A DNA stretch of 64,000 bases from an uncultured Bacteroidota bacterium (lineage in GTDB: Bacteria; Bacteroidota; Ignavibacteria; UBA10030; UBA6906), in NCBI GenBank assembly GCA_963700635.1, contig CAVOYH010000003.1, positions 256,001-320,000 of the forward strand, written 5' to 3'. A program made the position numbers and the translations under genes. Of the stretch, positions 48,490-57,578 are shown one piece after another. Numbering within the stretch: position 1 is the first letter of the stretch; the number at the start of each line of letters is the position of its first letter. The notes beneath the pieces were generated by a model that saw only the letters and a program-made list of their open reading frames with translations, did not search any database and was not told where the DNA came from.

Positions 48490-50898
48490 TTAGGCACCCA
48501 CGGAGGGCTGTGCGATATCCTCGAACCGTATACGAAACAGGGTCCCTTCTTCGCGGAGTATCTCCAGATGACCCTGCAACTGGCGTGTCAGAATACTCAC
48601 CAGATGCAGCCCCAGACTCTTTGCCTCCGCCGGGTGTATATCCTCCGGGATACCGATCCCATTATCCTGAACCTCCAGCACGAAAAGGTCGGGTGTTTGC
48701 TGGCGGAGCGAAACACTGATCCGTCCCGACCGGCCATCCGGAAAAGCATGTTTCAGGGCATTGGTAATCAGTTCATTGATGATCAGCCCGCAGGGGATTG
48801 CTGTATCGATGGGCAGGCGGACCTCTTCAACATCAACCTGATAGGTCACCCCTCCATGTCCGAACGTATGAAAGAGGGAGACCACGAGAGATTCAATATA
48901 TTCTCTGAACTCCACCCGGGCAAAGTCTTCCGACTTGTACAGACGTTCATGGATAAGCGCCATAGAGCGAACGCGGCTTTCACTTTCCATAAACACCGCC
49001 CGGTCGCGCGGGTCGTTGAGTGTTTCGGCCTGAAGGTTGAGCAGACTTGAGATGATCTGGAGATTGTTCTTCACCCGGTGATGCACTTCCTTGAGCAGAA
49101 CCTCCTTTTCATGCAAAGCCCGTTCCAGTACTTCCGCGGTGCGTTTCTGGTCGGTGATGTCCACAACAATACCACGGATTCCGGCGGGACGGTTTTCCAC
49201 ATTGATCGTTGCCGTATAGATGAGTGCCGGAAACTCCGTTCCATCCCGGCGTACCATCTGATATTCATTCCCGGAGAGACGCTGCCCCTCCAGAACGCGG
49301 CGGATGTTCTCTGCCGCGCGCGAACGATCTGCCGCGCTCACCACATCGAGCAGGAAGAACCCCGTAGTAAGATCTTCCGGGGTATATTCGAACGTCGCAA
49401 AAGCCGCATGGTTCGTGAACGTCAGGCGTCCATTCACATCAGCTTCGAAAACAGGCTGCGGGAGGAGTTCTGCCATCTGCTGGAATTTGCGCTCGCTCTC
49501 CCGGAACGCTTTTTCGGCCTGACGGCGATCGCGGATTTCCTGTTCGAGTCCGGAATGCAGTATTCCGAGATTCTCAGCCATTTCGTTAAATGCCCGGCCG
49601 AGTATCTCTATTTCATCGGCCATCGTCAGCGTGTTCACACGCACATCCCGCTCCCCCCTGCCAAAGAGCTGCACCGCATTCGTAAGGCGGCGCATGGGAC
49701 TCCCCACAATCAACCATATCACCACGCCTGCAGTCGCGGACATGATCACCAGAGCCGCCGCAAGCCGTATGAATGATGTCTGCTCGAACAACCGTAGTTC
49801 ACCAAGGACTTCATCCGTAGGACGTGTCACGACCAGCTTCCATGACGTCCCCGGAACCCCGGCATACACCAGGAGCATGCCGGAATTGTCATCCTGCACG
49901 TACCCATCCACGCCGCTGGAAATCTGTACGAGGGTCTGTGCCGAAAAGTCCGTTTCCGCCGATTGTCCGGCGCGGATCCCTTCATGGTGACTCACATAAC
50001 GGTCTAGGGTATCGAGAACAAACCACTGGTTCACCCCGAGGAGCACATCACGGGCTACCGTTCTATTCCCCCCGCGTTCCGCGCCCACCGAAAGCCCTCT
50101 GGCCAGGACACGCATGTATCCTAATTCCCCCTCGGCGCGTTGTTCAAGCACCATGGTTTTCAGATTGTTGCGCGTGAAAACCGCTACAATTGCCAGAGGT
50201 AACAGGGAGAGCAATAGAAACCAGAACGTAAGACGTAGTCCCAGGATCCGGCGGTAGGTGCCTGTTACACGAACCGGCTGCACAACTTCCTGCCGGTCGA
50301 GAATCCAGAGTGGTGCGCGATAGTTGCGTGGGAGGACCAGAAAGAAGAGCGATGTTGTGACTGCCGTCAGGGTATATTCAACAACCCAGCCCTGCAGGAG
50401 GATTAAAATCGATTCGGAGAGCGGGAGATTCTGGGGTAGAATGCGGAAAAAGAACTCAGGGAAAAGCACCCGCACGGAAAGGAGAACGGGAATAGCGACG
50501 ATAAAGTAGTAAATGAAGAGAATGCCGTTCCAGCCCAGAAGCAGGGCAGGCATGCGGATCTGATCATGAGCAAGGCGCCTGTAGGCCCATCCGATCCAGA
50601 GGCAACCCACGACATGCATCGCAACAACGTAGAGTCGCACCGAAGGATCGGGATCGCCGAGACCGGCAAGAATGCCGATGATCACTCCTCCGACCGGTCC
50701 GGTAAATGCCGCACCAATGGTGACAAATATCTCCCGGGGGTCGGTAATAACTCCTGTCCCGGGAATACGTACGTGCAGGCCCGCAAGAATGGTGAACAGC
50801 GCCGCAGCACCAAAGGAAACCGACACCAGCAGGATCTTGGGCGTTGCGAGCCTGAGGTAAAGGCGCTCCCCTGGGGTGGGATTCCCCACGTTATTCAA
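48490..50898 (-). CDS. Membrane sensor histidine kinase (5TM-like + Cache + HAMP + PAS + HisKA_2)
   Basis: DPREIFVTIGAAFTGPVGG TM module; periplasmic Cache-like part; DEIEILGRAFNEM HAMP; PAS; [11 protein letters not shown]. Confidence 0.9.
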   Translation of the reverse strand: MNNVGNPTPGERLYLRLATPKILLVSVSFGAAALFTILAGLHVRIPGTGVITDPREIFVTIGAAFTGPVGGVIIGILAGLGDPDPSVRLYVVAMHVVGCLWIGWAYRRLAHDQIRMPALLLGWNGILFIYYFIVAIPVLLSVRVLFPEFFFRILPQNLPLSESILILLQGWVVEYTLTAVTTSLFFLVLPRNYRAPLWILDRQEVVQPVRVTGTYRRILGLRLTFWFLLLSLLPLAIVAVFTRNNLKTMVLEQRAEGELGYMRVLARGLSVGAERGGNRTVARDVLLGVNQWFVLDTLDRYVSHHEGIRAGQSAETDFSAQTLVQISSGVDGYVQDDNSGMLLVYAGVPGTSWKLVVTRPTDEVLGELRLFEQTSFIRLAAALVIMSATAGVVIWLIVGSPMRRLTNAVQLFGRGERDVRVNTLTMADEIEILGRAFNEMAENLGILHSGLEQEIRDRRQAEKAFRESERKFQQMAELLPQPVFEADVNGRLTFTNHAAFATFEYTPEDLTTGFFLLDVVSAADRSRAAENIRRVLEGQRLSGNEYQMVRRDGTEFPALIYTATINVENRPAGIRGIVVDITDQKRTAEVLERALHEKEVLLKEVHHRVKNNLQIISSLLNLQAETLNDPRDRAVFMESESRVRSMALIHERLYKSEDFARVEFREYIESLVVSLFHTFGHGGVTYQVDVEEVRLPIDTAIPCGLIINELITNALKHAFPDGRSGRISVSLRQQTPDLFVLEVQDNGIGIPEDIHPAEAKSLGLHLVSILTRQLQGHLEILREEGTLFRIRFEDIAQPSVGA

Positions 50899-51012
50899 TC
50901 CTTCCCGGGTTTTTCCCGCACTCGGCCATCAGCGCCTTTCTTTCCTCGACAAGAGCAGAACACATCCGCACTTTCCCTGAATCAGAAACCGCACCCTCTA
51001 CACCCAAGTTCA

Positions 51013-51225
51013 TCATGCCTGTTCATCGGACTTTTTCTGTCCGGCTGCATTCCATCCTTCCGCGATGAGCTTGTCAGTCAGCCGATCAGGATGATGGATC
51101 AATGCAGGGAGACATTGCGGGCAGATATTCGCTTCACGACCGGCCAGGCGGAGCATGAGGACCGGAAAATCGTGTTCCGAACGGCCACAGCTCAAACATG
51201 TCGCGATGTTGGGTGTGGAGGGCAT
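51013..51225 (-). CDS. Small CxxC...CxxC putative zinc-binding protein
   Basis: MPSTPNIATCLSCGRSE...ICPQCLPALIH; GAGGAG RBS. Confidence 0.65.
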   Translation of the reverse strand: MPSTPNIATCLSCGRSEHDFPVLMLRLAGREANICPQCLPALIHHPDRLTDKLIAEGWNAAGQKKSDEQA

Positions 51226-51349
51226 ACGGTCAGTATCTCCTCGTCTCTCTTTTTCGTGATGATTGTGGGAACACGTGATTGGACACAAAGATTGATAAAC
51301 CCCGGTCGTTTGAATAACGCACGAACACACCTTGTATGTTCAGGCGAGA

Positions 51350-51775
51350 TTAGGCCTGGGCCACCCGGGTTACCATGGCCTTCTTTCCGAAGATCGCTGC
51401 TGTGATAACGCCCGCAACGATGTATTGAACCAGCGTTGAGAAGAACCACGTGATGGCCAGCGAATACGGGATCGAGATCATGGCGTACGTTCCATACGCA
51501 AACCCCAGACCCATCCAGATGCCGATGTAAAGTCCAAACCGGACTCCCTCCATGATGCCCTTTCCCTCATAGCCGCGCGCAAAGATAAAGACAAAGAGGA
51601 ATGCACCGACGATCATGATAACCTGGAACACCCACATGTAGGACATCATGTCCGGGCGCCAGAGGTCTTTCAGCGACTCGTAGGTAGACGTCAGCAGAAC
51701 CCCGTCCACCATGTAGCTAAATGCTTCAAAAAAGATGATGACCGCCAGAAAGCTGATCCATCCTTGTTTGTTCAT
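51350..51775 (-). CDS. Four-TM membrane protein (DUF1761-like)
   Basis: Hydrophobic helices; GIMEGVRFGL motif; GAGG RBS before ATG 51775. Confidence 0.7.
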   Translation of the reverse strand: MNKQGWISFLAVIIFFEAFSYMVDGVLLTSTYESLKDLWRPDMMSYMWVFQVIMIVGAFLFVFIFARGYEGKGIMEGVRFGLYIGIWMGLGFAYGTYAMISIPYSLAITWFFSTLVQYIVAGVITAAIFGKKAMVTRVAQA

Positions 51776-51978
51776 GGTAACCTCGGCGTTATGACTGAAA
51801 ATGGGTGGGTTAGAGAAGACCGCAGAATAATACGACATCCAACCCTCATTCGCAACTGGTGCCCAGAACAGCATGGAATTGCAGAGATTTACATAATCAG
51901 ATCAACCCCGCAACAACTCCTCTCGCCGGAGGCCGTATACAGAGACAGTCACCCTGGAACAAGAAGGAGAATTGGACG

Positions 51979-53181
51979 ATGCCTACGCGGCGGAGCACTC
52001 CCGAAACATTCAGCAGCAAACCGGTTGTGCGGCTTGCCCTGTTTAACGGAACACTTCAGCCGGGTCATGACGGCGTCACGCGTGTTCTGTATAAGCTTCT
52101 TGATCACCTGGTGCTCGCCGGAACGCCGTGTGAGTGTTTCTCAACGATGATTCCCGAAATGGGGGAACATCCTCTCCCCATGCATCTCGTCCCCTCGGTC
52201 CGGTTTCCACTGTATCCCGATTACAGAATAGCCCTTCCCGGATGGAAGACTTTTGAGCGGCAGATGCGCCGGTTTTCCCCGACGGTCATTCATATCAACA
52301 GTCCCTGTTCCCTCGGGTACGCCGCCATGCGATACGGCCGGCGATTCGGTATTCCCGTTGTCGCCACGTACCATACTCACTTTCCCCGCTACGCCAGCTA
52401 TTACCGCCTGCCGGCTCTGGAATCGTGCGGGTGGAATTACCTTCGTGGATTATACAATTCCTGTGAGCGCACGTTTGTCCCCTCACGCCCTATCCTGAGT
52501 GAACTTGAACACCGGGGCATCCACAATCTTGAATGGCTTCCGCATGGAGTTGATGCAGAGACGTTCCACCCCCGGTTTCGCTCTTCCGAGTTTCGCCGGG
52601 CACATGGACTGGAAGGCAGGACCGTGCTGTTGTTCGTGGGCCGACTGGTCTGGGAGAAGGACCTGCGCACATTGATCGAAGCGTGGAGGTTACTCCGTCG
52701 GGATTTTCCCGACGCAGCCCTGATGGTCGCCGGTGATGGCCCCGTCCGTGCCGAACTACGCTCGATGATTCCTGAAGCCATCTTCCTGGGCCAGCTGGAG
52801 GGGGAACAGCTGGCGACGGCATTTGCCTCTGCGGATATCTTTGCCTTTCCATCGACCACCGAGACATTCGGAAACGTGATACTCGAAGCCATGGCATCGG
52901 GTACAGCACCGGTATGCGCGAATACCGGTGGCGCTGTGGATCTGATCCAGGACGGCAACAGCGGATTACTCTCGCGACCGAAGGACGCCTGTCATTTTGC
53001 AGAACAGATATCACGGCTGATCAGCCAGCCCTCGCTCCGTCAGGCCATAGCGCAGCGCGCCCTTACGCGTGCCCGGATGCAGTCATGGGGAAGTGTATTT
53101 TCGCAGCTTCTGGAAAGCTACTGCGCAACCATTTTGTCATATTCCCGCCCTACCGCCGGGCCACGCCGTCACGCCGCGTAA
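51979..53181 (+). CDS. Glycosyltransferase family 4 (PimB/MgtA/SqdX-like lipid GT)
   Basis: DGVTR; ATYHTHFPRY; GRLVWEK; FPSTTETFGNVILEAMASG; AAGGAG RBS. Confidence 0.88.
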   Translation: MPTRRSTPETFSSKPVVRLALFNGTLQPGHDGVTRVLYKLLDHLVLAGTPCECFSTMIPEMGEHPLPMHLVPSVRFPLYPDYRIALPGWKTFERQMRRFSPTVIHINSPCSLGYAAMRYGRRFGIPVVATYHTHFPRYASYYRLPALESCGWNYLRGLYNSCERTFVPSRPILSELEHRGIHNLEWLPHGVDAETFHPRFRSSEFRRAHGLEGRTVLLFVGRLVWEKDLRTLIEAWRLLRRDFPDAALMVAGDGPVRAELRSMIPEAIFLGQLEGEQLATAFASADIFAFPSTTETFGNVILEAMASGTAPVCANTGGAVDLIQDGNSGLLSRPKDACHFAEQISRLISQPSLRQAIAQRALTRARMQSWGSVFSQLLESYCATILSYSRPTAGPRRHAA

Positions 53182-53275
53182 CCTGCACAACGTGTGCCAT
53201 TCCATTCTCCCACTTTCATCCGAGCCGGAATTCTCGTAGATTATGGACACCTTTGGATGAGGAGAATGGTGTTTT

Positions 53276-54841
53276 ATGGGCAAAAGGAAGAGATGGTCCG
53301 TACATCACGCGCTGGTGGTACTGCTTATCGCCGGCATATGTCCCGCGCCACTCCGGGCACTGCCGGCCGATCCGGAACCTATCGACTGGCGTGAAGTGCA
53401 CGAGATCACCAAGCGCGGCATCGATCATTTCTACCGCCTCGAGATTGATGCCGCGATGCAGAGTTTTGATTCTGTTGCGCGCATGGCTCCGCGCGACCCG
53501 CGGGGATATTTCTTCAGGAGCATGGTCCATTTTTCCCTCTATGCGCTGGAACGCGATCGGAAGCAATTTGATGCGTTCATGAGAGAATCGGATAATGTGA
53601 TTGCTGTGGGCGAACAGTTGCTCGACAACAACGGACACGATGCTTCTGCAAAATTCTACCTTGGAGGGACCTACGGTTATCGCGGTATGATGTGGCAGAC
53701 CGAAGGATCCCTGGTGAAAGCTGTCACGGAGGGACGCAAAGGATACAAGTATCTTGAAGAAGCGGTGGAAGACAAACCCGATCTCTATGACGCCCACATG
53801 GGATTCGGACTCTTCAGCTATCTTACCGCGAAGGCCCCCCGAACGCTTCACTGGGTGATAAAGCTGGTGGGAATTGCGCCCGATCTCGACGGGGGGCTAC
53901 GGATGCTTAAAACTGCTGCGGAGAGGGGCGTGTACACGCGGAATGAGGCCCGTCTCTATCTTTCGCAGTTCCTCTTTAACGAGCAGCGCCATGAGGAAGC
54001 ATTCCGGTATCTGAATGAGCTCTGTTCCGAGTATCCAGAGAACACGCTCTTTCTGATTCTCCGGGCAAGCTGGCTGCAACGCTCCGGCCGGTCGGACGAG
54101 GCCATGACCGACGCACTCAAGGCGGTCGAACATAATGCCCGCCGCCCGATTCACTATGTCGAAGACATCGCCTACAATACCCTGGGAAGCATACTCTTCT
54201 CCCGCAACGATTTTACCGGTTCGCGGAAGTACTATGCACTCTACGTCGATTCACTGCGTAACCCCGAACGGGTCTGGAACTGGACATGGTATCGCATCGG
54301 CGTTGCCCATGAACTCAGCGGAGACCGGAAAGGCGGGCTGGCTGCGTTTGGGCGAGTCCAGAAAAGCGGCGACGCAATGCGGCCGAGGGATGCGTACTAC
54401 TACCGGCGGGCACAGTACAGTCTGCGCCAGCCTATCTCAAAGGCTGAGGAGCTCGTTATCAGGGCGGGTAATGAGCAGAACAGCAAAAAGTATGACAACG
54501 CTCTTCGGCTCTTCACCGAGGCACTTGCGGCCTCCGGCAATGACGTCGAAATCCGCGCCCGGGCACTCCTGGGCATGATGCAAATCCAGTTTGAGCTGAA
54601 GCTGTACCTGGAAGTGGAACAGACCTCCCGCCAGCTATTTGTGTTAAAACCGCAGCAGGAAATCTGGGTGTTACCCCATGGATATCATAAGCTGGGGCAG
54701 GCATACGCGCGCCTGGGAAGGATTGAAGATGCTCGAAATGCGTTTGACATGGTCGACGAATACGACGATTACGATTTTCAGGACCAGCTTGAAACACGCG
54801 TAGAAGAGGAGATCTCTAAGCTCGACAAAGACGAGAAATAG
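53276..54841 (+). CDS. Exported TPR protein
   Basis: Signal peptide; helical TPR-like repeats; YDAHMGFGLFSY. Confidence 0.75.
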   Translation: MGKRKRWSVHHALVVLLIAGICPAPLRALPADPEPIDWREVHEITKRGIDHFYRLEIDAAMQSFDSVARMAPRDPRGYFFRSMVHFSLYALERDRKQFDAFMRESDNVIAVGEQLLDNNGHDASAKFYLGGTYGYRGMMWQTEGSLVKAVTEGRKGYKYLEEAVEDKPDLYDAHMGFGLFSYLTAKAPRTLHWVIKLVGIAPDLDGGLRMLKTAAERGVYTRNEARLYLSQFLFNEQRHEEAFRYLNELCSEYPENTLFLILRASWLQRSGRSDEAMTDALKAVEHNARRPIHYVEDIAYNTLGSILFSRNDFTGSRKYYALYVDSLRNPERVWNWTWYRIGVAHELSGDRKGGLAAFGRVQKSGDAMRPRDAYYYRRAQYSLRQPISKAEELVIRAGNEQNSKKYDNALRLFTEALAASGNDVEIRARALLGMMQIQFELKLYLEVEQTSRQLFVLKPQQEIWVLPHGYHKLGQAYARLGRIEDARNAFDMVDEYDDYDFQDQLETRVEEEISKLDKDEK

Positions 54842-54932
54842 ACCCGGACAAGGGAGATGTTCTCCTTCTCACGTTCGGATTTCCCGCAATCAGCCTCATC
54901 GGATTTCTCAACGACAACGTTAGCGGTCTGAT

Positions 54933-55898
54933 TCACCATTCGGTTTTGAAAAAGCTTGCTTCGGTATAATAGTCTTTTGTTAATCCTTCCAGCCTTTTCA
55001 TTCCAGCCGGGTCCAGTGGCACAAACTCCTTCGCAATCCGGACATTTTCTTCCAGCTCCGCGATCGTGGAGATCCCCACGATCACCGTGCTGACGGGAAG
55101 TGAAAGCACGTACCCCATGGCATCCTTCATCGTCGTAATTCCACCCGTCCGGAATATTCTGCCGCGGGCCGGGATTTTCATACCGATGATCGCCAGGTTT
55201 TTCTTAACCGCGATAGGAAGCAGGTTTTCAATGAACGATGCGCTGTGTCTGTCGGCCGCGTTTAACGCCATCAGAATGGCATCAAACGGATACTGTTCAA
55301 TCCCCTTACGCAGCACAAAGGGATCACGATGGCCGGTAATCCCGAGAAACCGCACGATCTTTTCGTCACGAGCCTTCTCCAGCGCCTTGACTGCGCCAGC
55401 ATGTGCAAACACCTGATCCAGATCATCCTGTGTCCGGACATTATGAAGTTGCCACAAATCAATGTGGTCGGTCCGGAGTCTTTTCAGCGATCCTTCCAGT
55501 GCACGCATCGAACCGTCATAGGACCGTTCACGGGTTTTTGTAGCCAGAAAGACCTCGTCGCGGCGACTGGCCATGACCGAGCCGATGTAGGTTTCGCTGA
55601 TGCCATTCCCGTACCGATGCGACGTATCAATGTAGTTCACGCCCAGATCGAGAGCCCGGTTGATGATGGCTGCAGCTTCGTCTGTCTTGCCGTCCTGTTC
55701 CAGCGTGGCCTGCCCGCCCAGGCTGAACAGCCGGACATTGTGCCCCGTGCGACCGAGGGGGCGCTCCGGCATTGTGCTGGCGCCGGAAACTGTTTGTGCG
55801 ATAGCATCAAACGGTTTTAAAACGCCGGCGACACCGAGCGCGGTGGTGCCCAGCACGGTGCGGACGAATGACCTGCGGGAGAGATCAGACTGCTTCAT
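54933..55898 (-). CDS. Aldo/keto reductase with twin-arginine signal
   Basis: SRRSFV Tat motif; GVNYIDTSHRY; ATK; DLWQLH; GITGH. Confidence 0.9.
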   Translation of the reverse strand: MKQSDLSRRSFVRTVLGTTALGVAGVLKPFDAIAQTVSGASTMPERPLGRTGHNVRLFSLGGQATLEQDGKTDEAAAIINRALDLGVNYIDTSHRYGNGISETYIGSVMASRRDEVFLATKTRERSYDGSMRALEGSLKRLRTDHIDLWQLHNVRTQDDLDQVFAHAGAVKALEKARDEKIVRFLGITGHRDPFVLRKGIEQYPFDAILMALNAADRHSASFIENLLPIAVKKNLAIIGMKIPARGRIFRTGGITTMKDAMGYVLSLPVSTVIVGISTIAELEENVRIAKEFVPLDPAGMKRLEGLTKDYYTEASFFKTEW

Positions 55899-55941
55899 GA
55901 TGACCTCCGGTCGGTTGGAAAAGCAATGCGACAGCGTCCAC

Positions 55942-56262
55942 TTAGTTCATCCTCGCCTTTGACATCCTGTGGAAATGCGCCTTCTGCGTCGAGGAACCCC
56001 CGACGTGCTGTATGACTAACACCAGGAACTCTGCGGAGGGCTCCACGTCCTTGATCCCTTCAAGAATATCTTCGTCATCAAGTCCCCCCTCGAGGATATA
56101 CTCCCGGATTTTCAGCGTGTTCCACCATTCCCACTCCAGCCCGTTCTCCGGCAAGAACACAAATGCTCCGTATTCATCCGTACCCTTCACCTTTTCGTTC
56201 CAGAGTCCCAGGTACGCAGAAAAGTGGGAATACAGATGCGCTATGATGGATGCGTGTGTCAT
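55942..56262 (-). CDS. Hypothetical protein
   Basis: Globular-looking ~106 aa ORF; GAGGA upstream; start uncertain. Confidence 0.55.
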   Translation of the reverse strand: MTHASIIAHLYSHFSAYLGLWNEKVKGTDEYGAFVFLPENGLEWEWWNTLKIREYILEGGLDDEDILEGIKDVEPSAEFLVLVIQHVGGSSTQKAHFHRMSKARMN

Positions 56263-56383
56263 TGAACAAACGAGCCGTTCCTCTGTTTCCGCAAAAAACA
56301 CTTCTGCCCCCGCAGGAGCCGGAGGCAGAAGTCACCACTGGTCCAGCCAGATGGTCGATACTTGTAACACAGGTTGCCGACTG

Positions 56384-56455
<72 letters not shown>

Positions 56456-56470
56456 AGAAACATCACAAAA

Positions 56471-56499
56471 AATATACCGCCTTCTCTTCATAAAAGCAA
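56471..56499 (-). promoter_or_regulatory. Sigma70-type promoter of tRNA-Gly
   Basis: TTGCTT-N17-TATATT on the minus strand, 15 nt upstream of the tRNA. Confidence 0.65.
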
Positions 56500-56731
56500 C
56501 GCTCGACGGCCCGTGTCTAATTACGCGAGAACCCTCCCGCTCCGAGTGCCGCCACCCACAGCGGTGAAGGAGCCCCACCAGGGGATCGCACAGCCATCCC
56601 GGATCCCGAAAAGCGATGCGCCTGAGATGCTGCGCAAAGATACCGATGAAAAGAAGGCAAAAGCAACTGGCAACGACGCGCTAGCGGAAACAACACCGGC
56701 TGACCAGCGCACCGGCGCCCTCACGCAGGAG

Positions 56732-56860
56732 TCATACCGTCAGGAAAATGAAATTCCACACCCGCAGAATCGCCTCCTCCAGAGTCACTCCGTCAAGAAG
56801 GTAGCTCGAAAGGAAACCGACGGCGAGGCCGTCGCCTGCACCACTCACGACCACCACATC
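56732..56860 (-). pseudogene. Remnant of a PfkB-family sugar kinase C-terminus
   Basis: Manual translation DVVVVSGAGDGLAVGFLSSYLLDGVTLEEAILR; GAGD anion-hole motif plus following helices; N-terminal domain absent. Confidence 0.55.
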
Positions 56861-56892
56861 ACAATCCCTCCGGGACGCTTCCGACCCAGCTT

Positions 56893-57477
56893 CTACAGCC
56901 ATACGGTGTATCCCAGACTGATACTCAGTTGATTCGACCCGTTCCGTTCTGTTGCCCCTTCACGGTTCATCGTCACCTGGAGGTACTGAATCGCCAGGTT
57001 CAACAGCCCGTTTCCGGTGATCGACATCTTCACGCCGCCGCGCCCTCCCCACGTAAAGCCCCTGTACGTGGTGCCGTTCGTTTGCAGAGAGTACCCTGCC
57101 AGTCCTTCAACAAACGGATGCACGAACGCTGGTGACGGCGGGTGGTATGCGATTGACCCCAATGCAAGGAGGCCGGTTGACGCTCCACCGCCGGAGGTCA
57201 TCACCGTCAGCCCGAGTGGGTTCAGTCCGATCTCCAGCCTGTCCAGTATGAACACGCCGACAAACGGGTTGATGGTAATGAAGGAGGCCGTGCTTCCTGT
57301 TTTGCCGTCGTGCACAGGCGTGTAGCTCTGAAACGAAGCCGATCCCCCAAGCTCAACCTGTCCTTTTGACCCGAAACGGGCGGGTTGTTCCTGAGAAAAA
57401 GTGGAGGCGGCGCTGACGAGGAGTGCCACCGACAATGCAAGCAGATACAGCGGGCAGGACTTCCGGTTCTTGATCAT
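56893..57477 (-). CDS. Outer membrane beta-barrel protein
   Basis: Signal peptide; alternating beta-strands; C-terminal LSISLGYTVWL. Confidence 0.75.
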   Translation of the reverse strand: MIKNRKSCPLYLLALSVALLVSAASTFSQEQPARFGSKGQVELGGSASFQSYTPVHDGKTGSTASFITINPFVGVFILDRLEIGLNPLGLTVMTSGGGASTGLLALGSIAYHPPSPAFVHPFVEGLAGYSLQTNGTTYRGFTWGGRGGVKMSITGNGLLNLAIQYLQVTMNREGATERNGSNQLSISLGYTVWL

Positions 57478-57507
57478 GAAGATAGTTCCTATTATTGAAA
57501 TGAGGGA

Positions 57508-57533
57508 GAGAGCCCCGGGTCAGCGGGGCTCTC
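57508..57533 (-). terminator. Intergenic stem-loop after the T9SS-cargo gene
   Basis: gagagccccg-ggtcag-cggggctctc, 10-bp stem. Confidence 0.5.
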
Positions 57534-57578
57534 AGATGCGCGTTCTGATCCAGAACGTGTCCAGCGATTGTCATAGTG

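Noticed and set aside
51870-51895. Possible Pho-box-like repeats before the GT4 gene
   Set aside because: Poor match with 10-bp spacing; not distinguishable from chance
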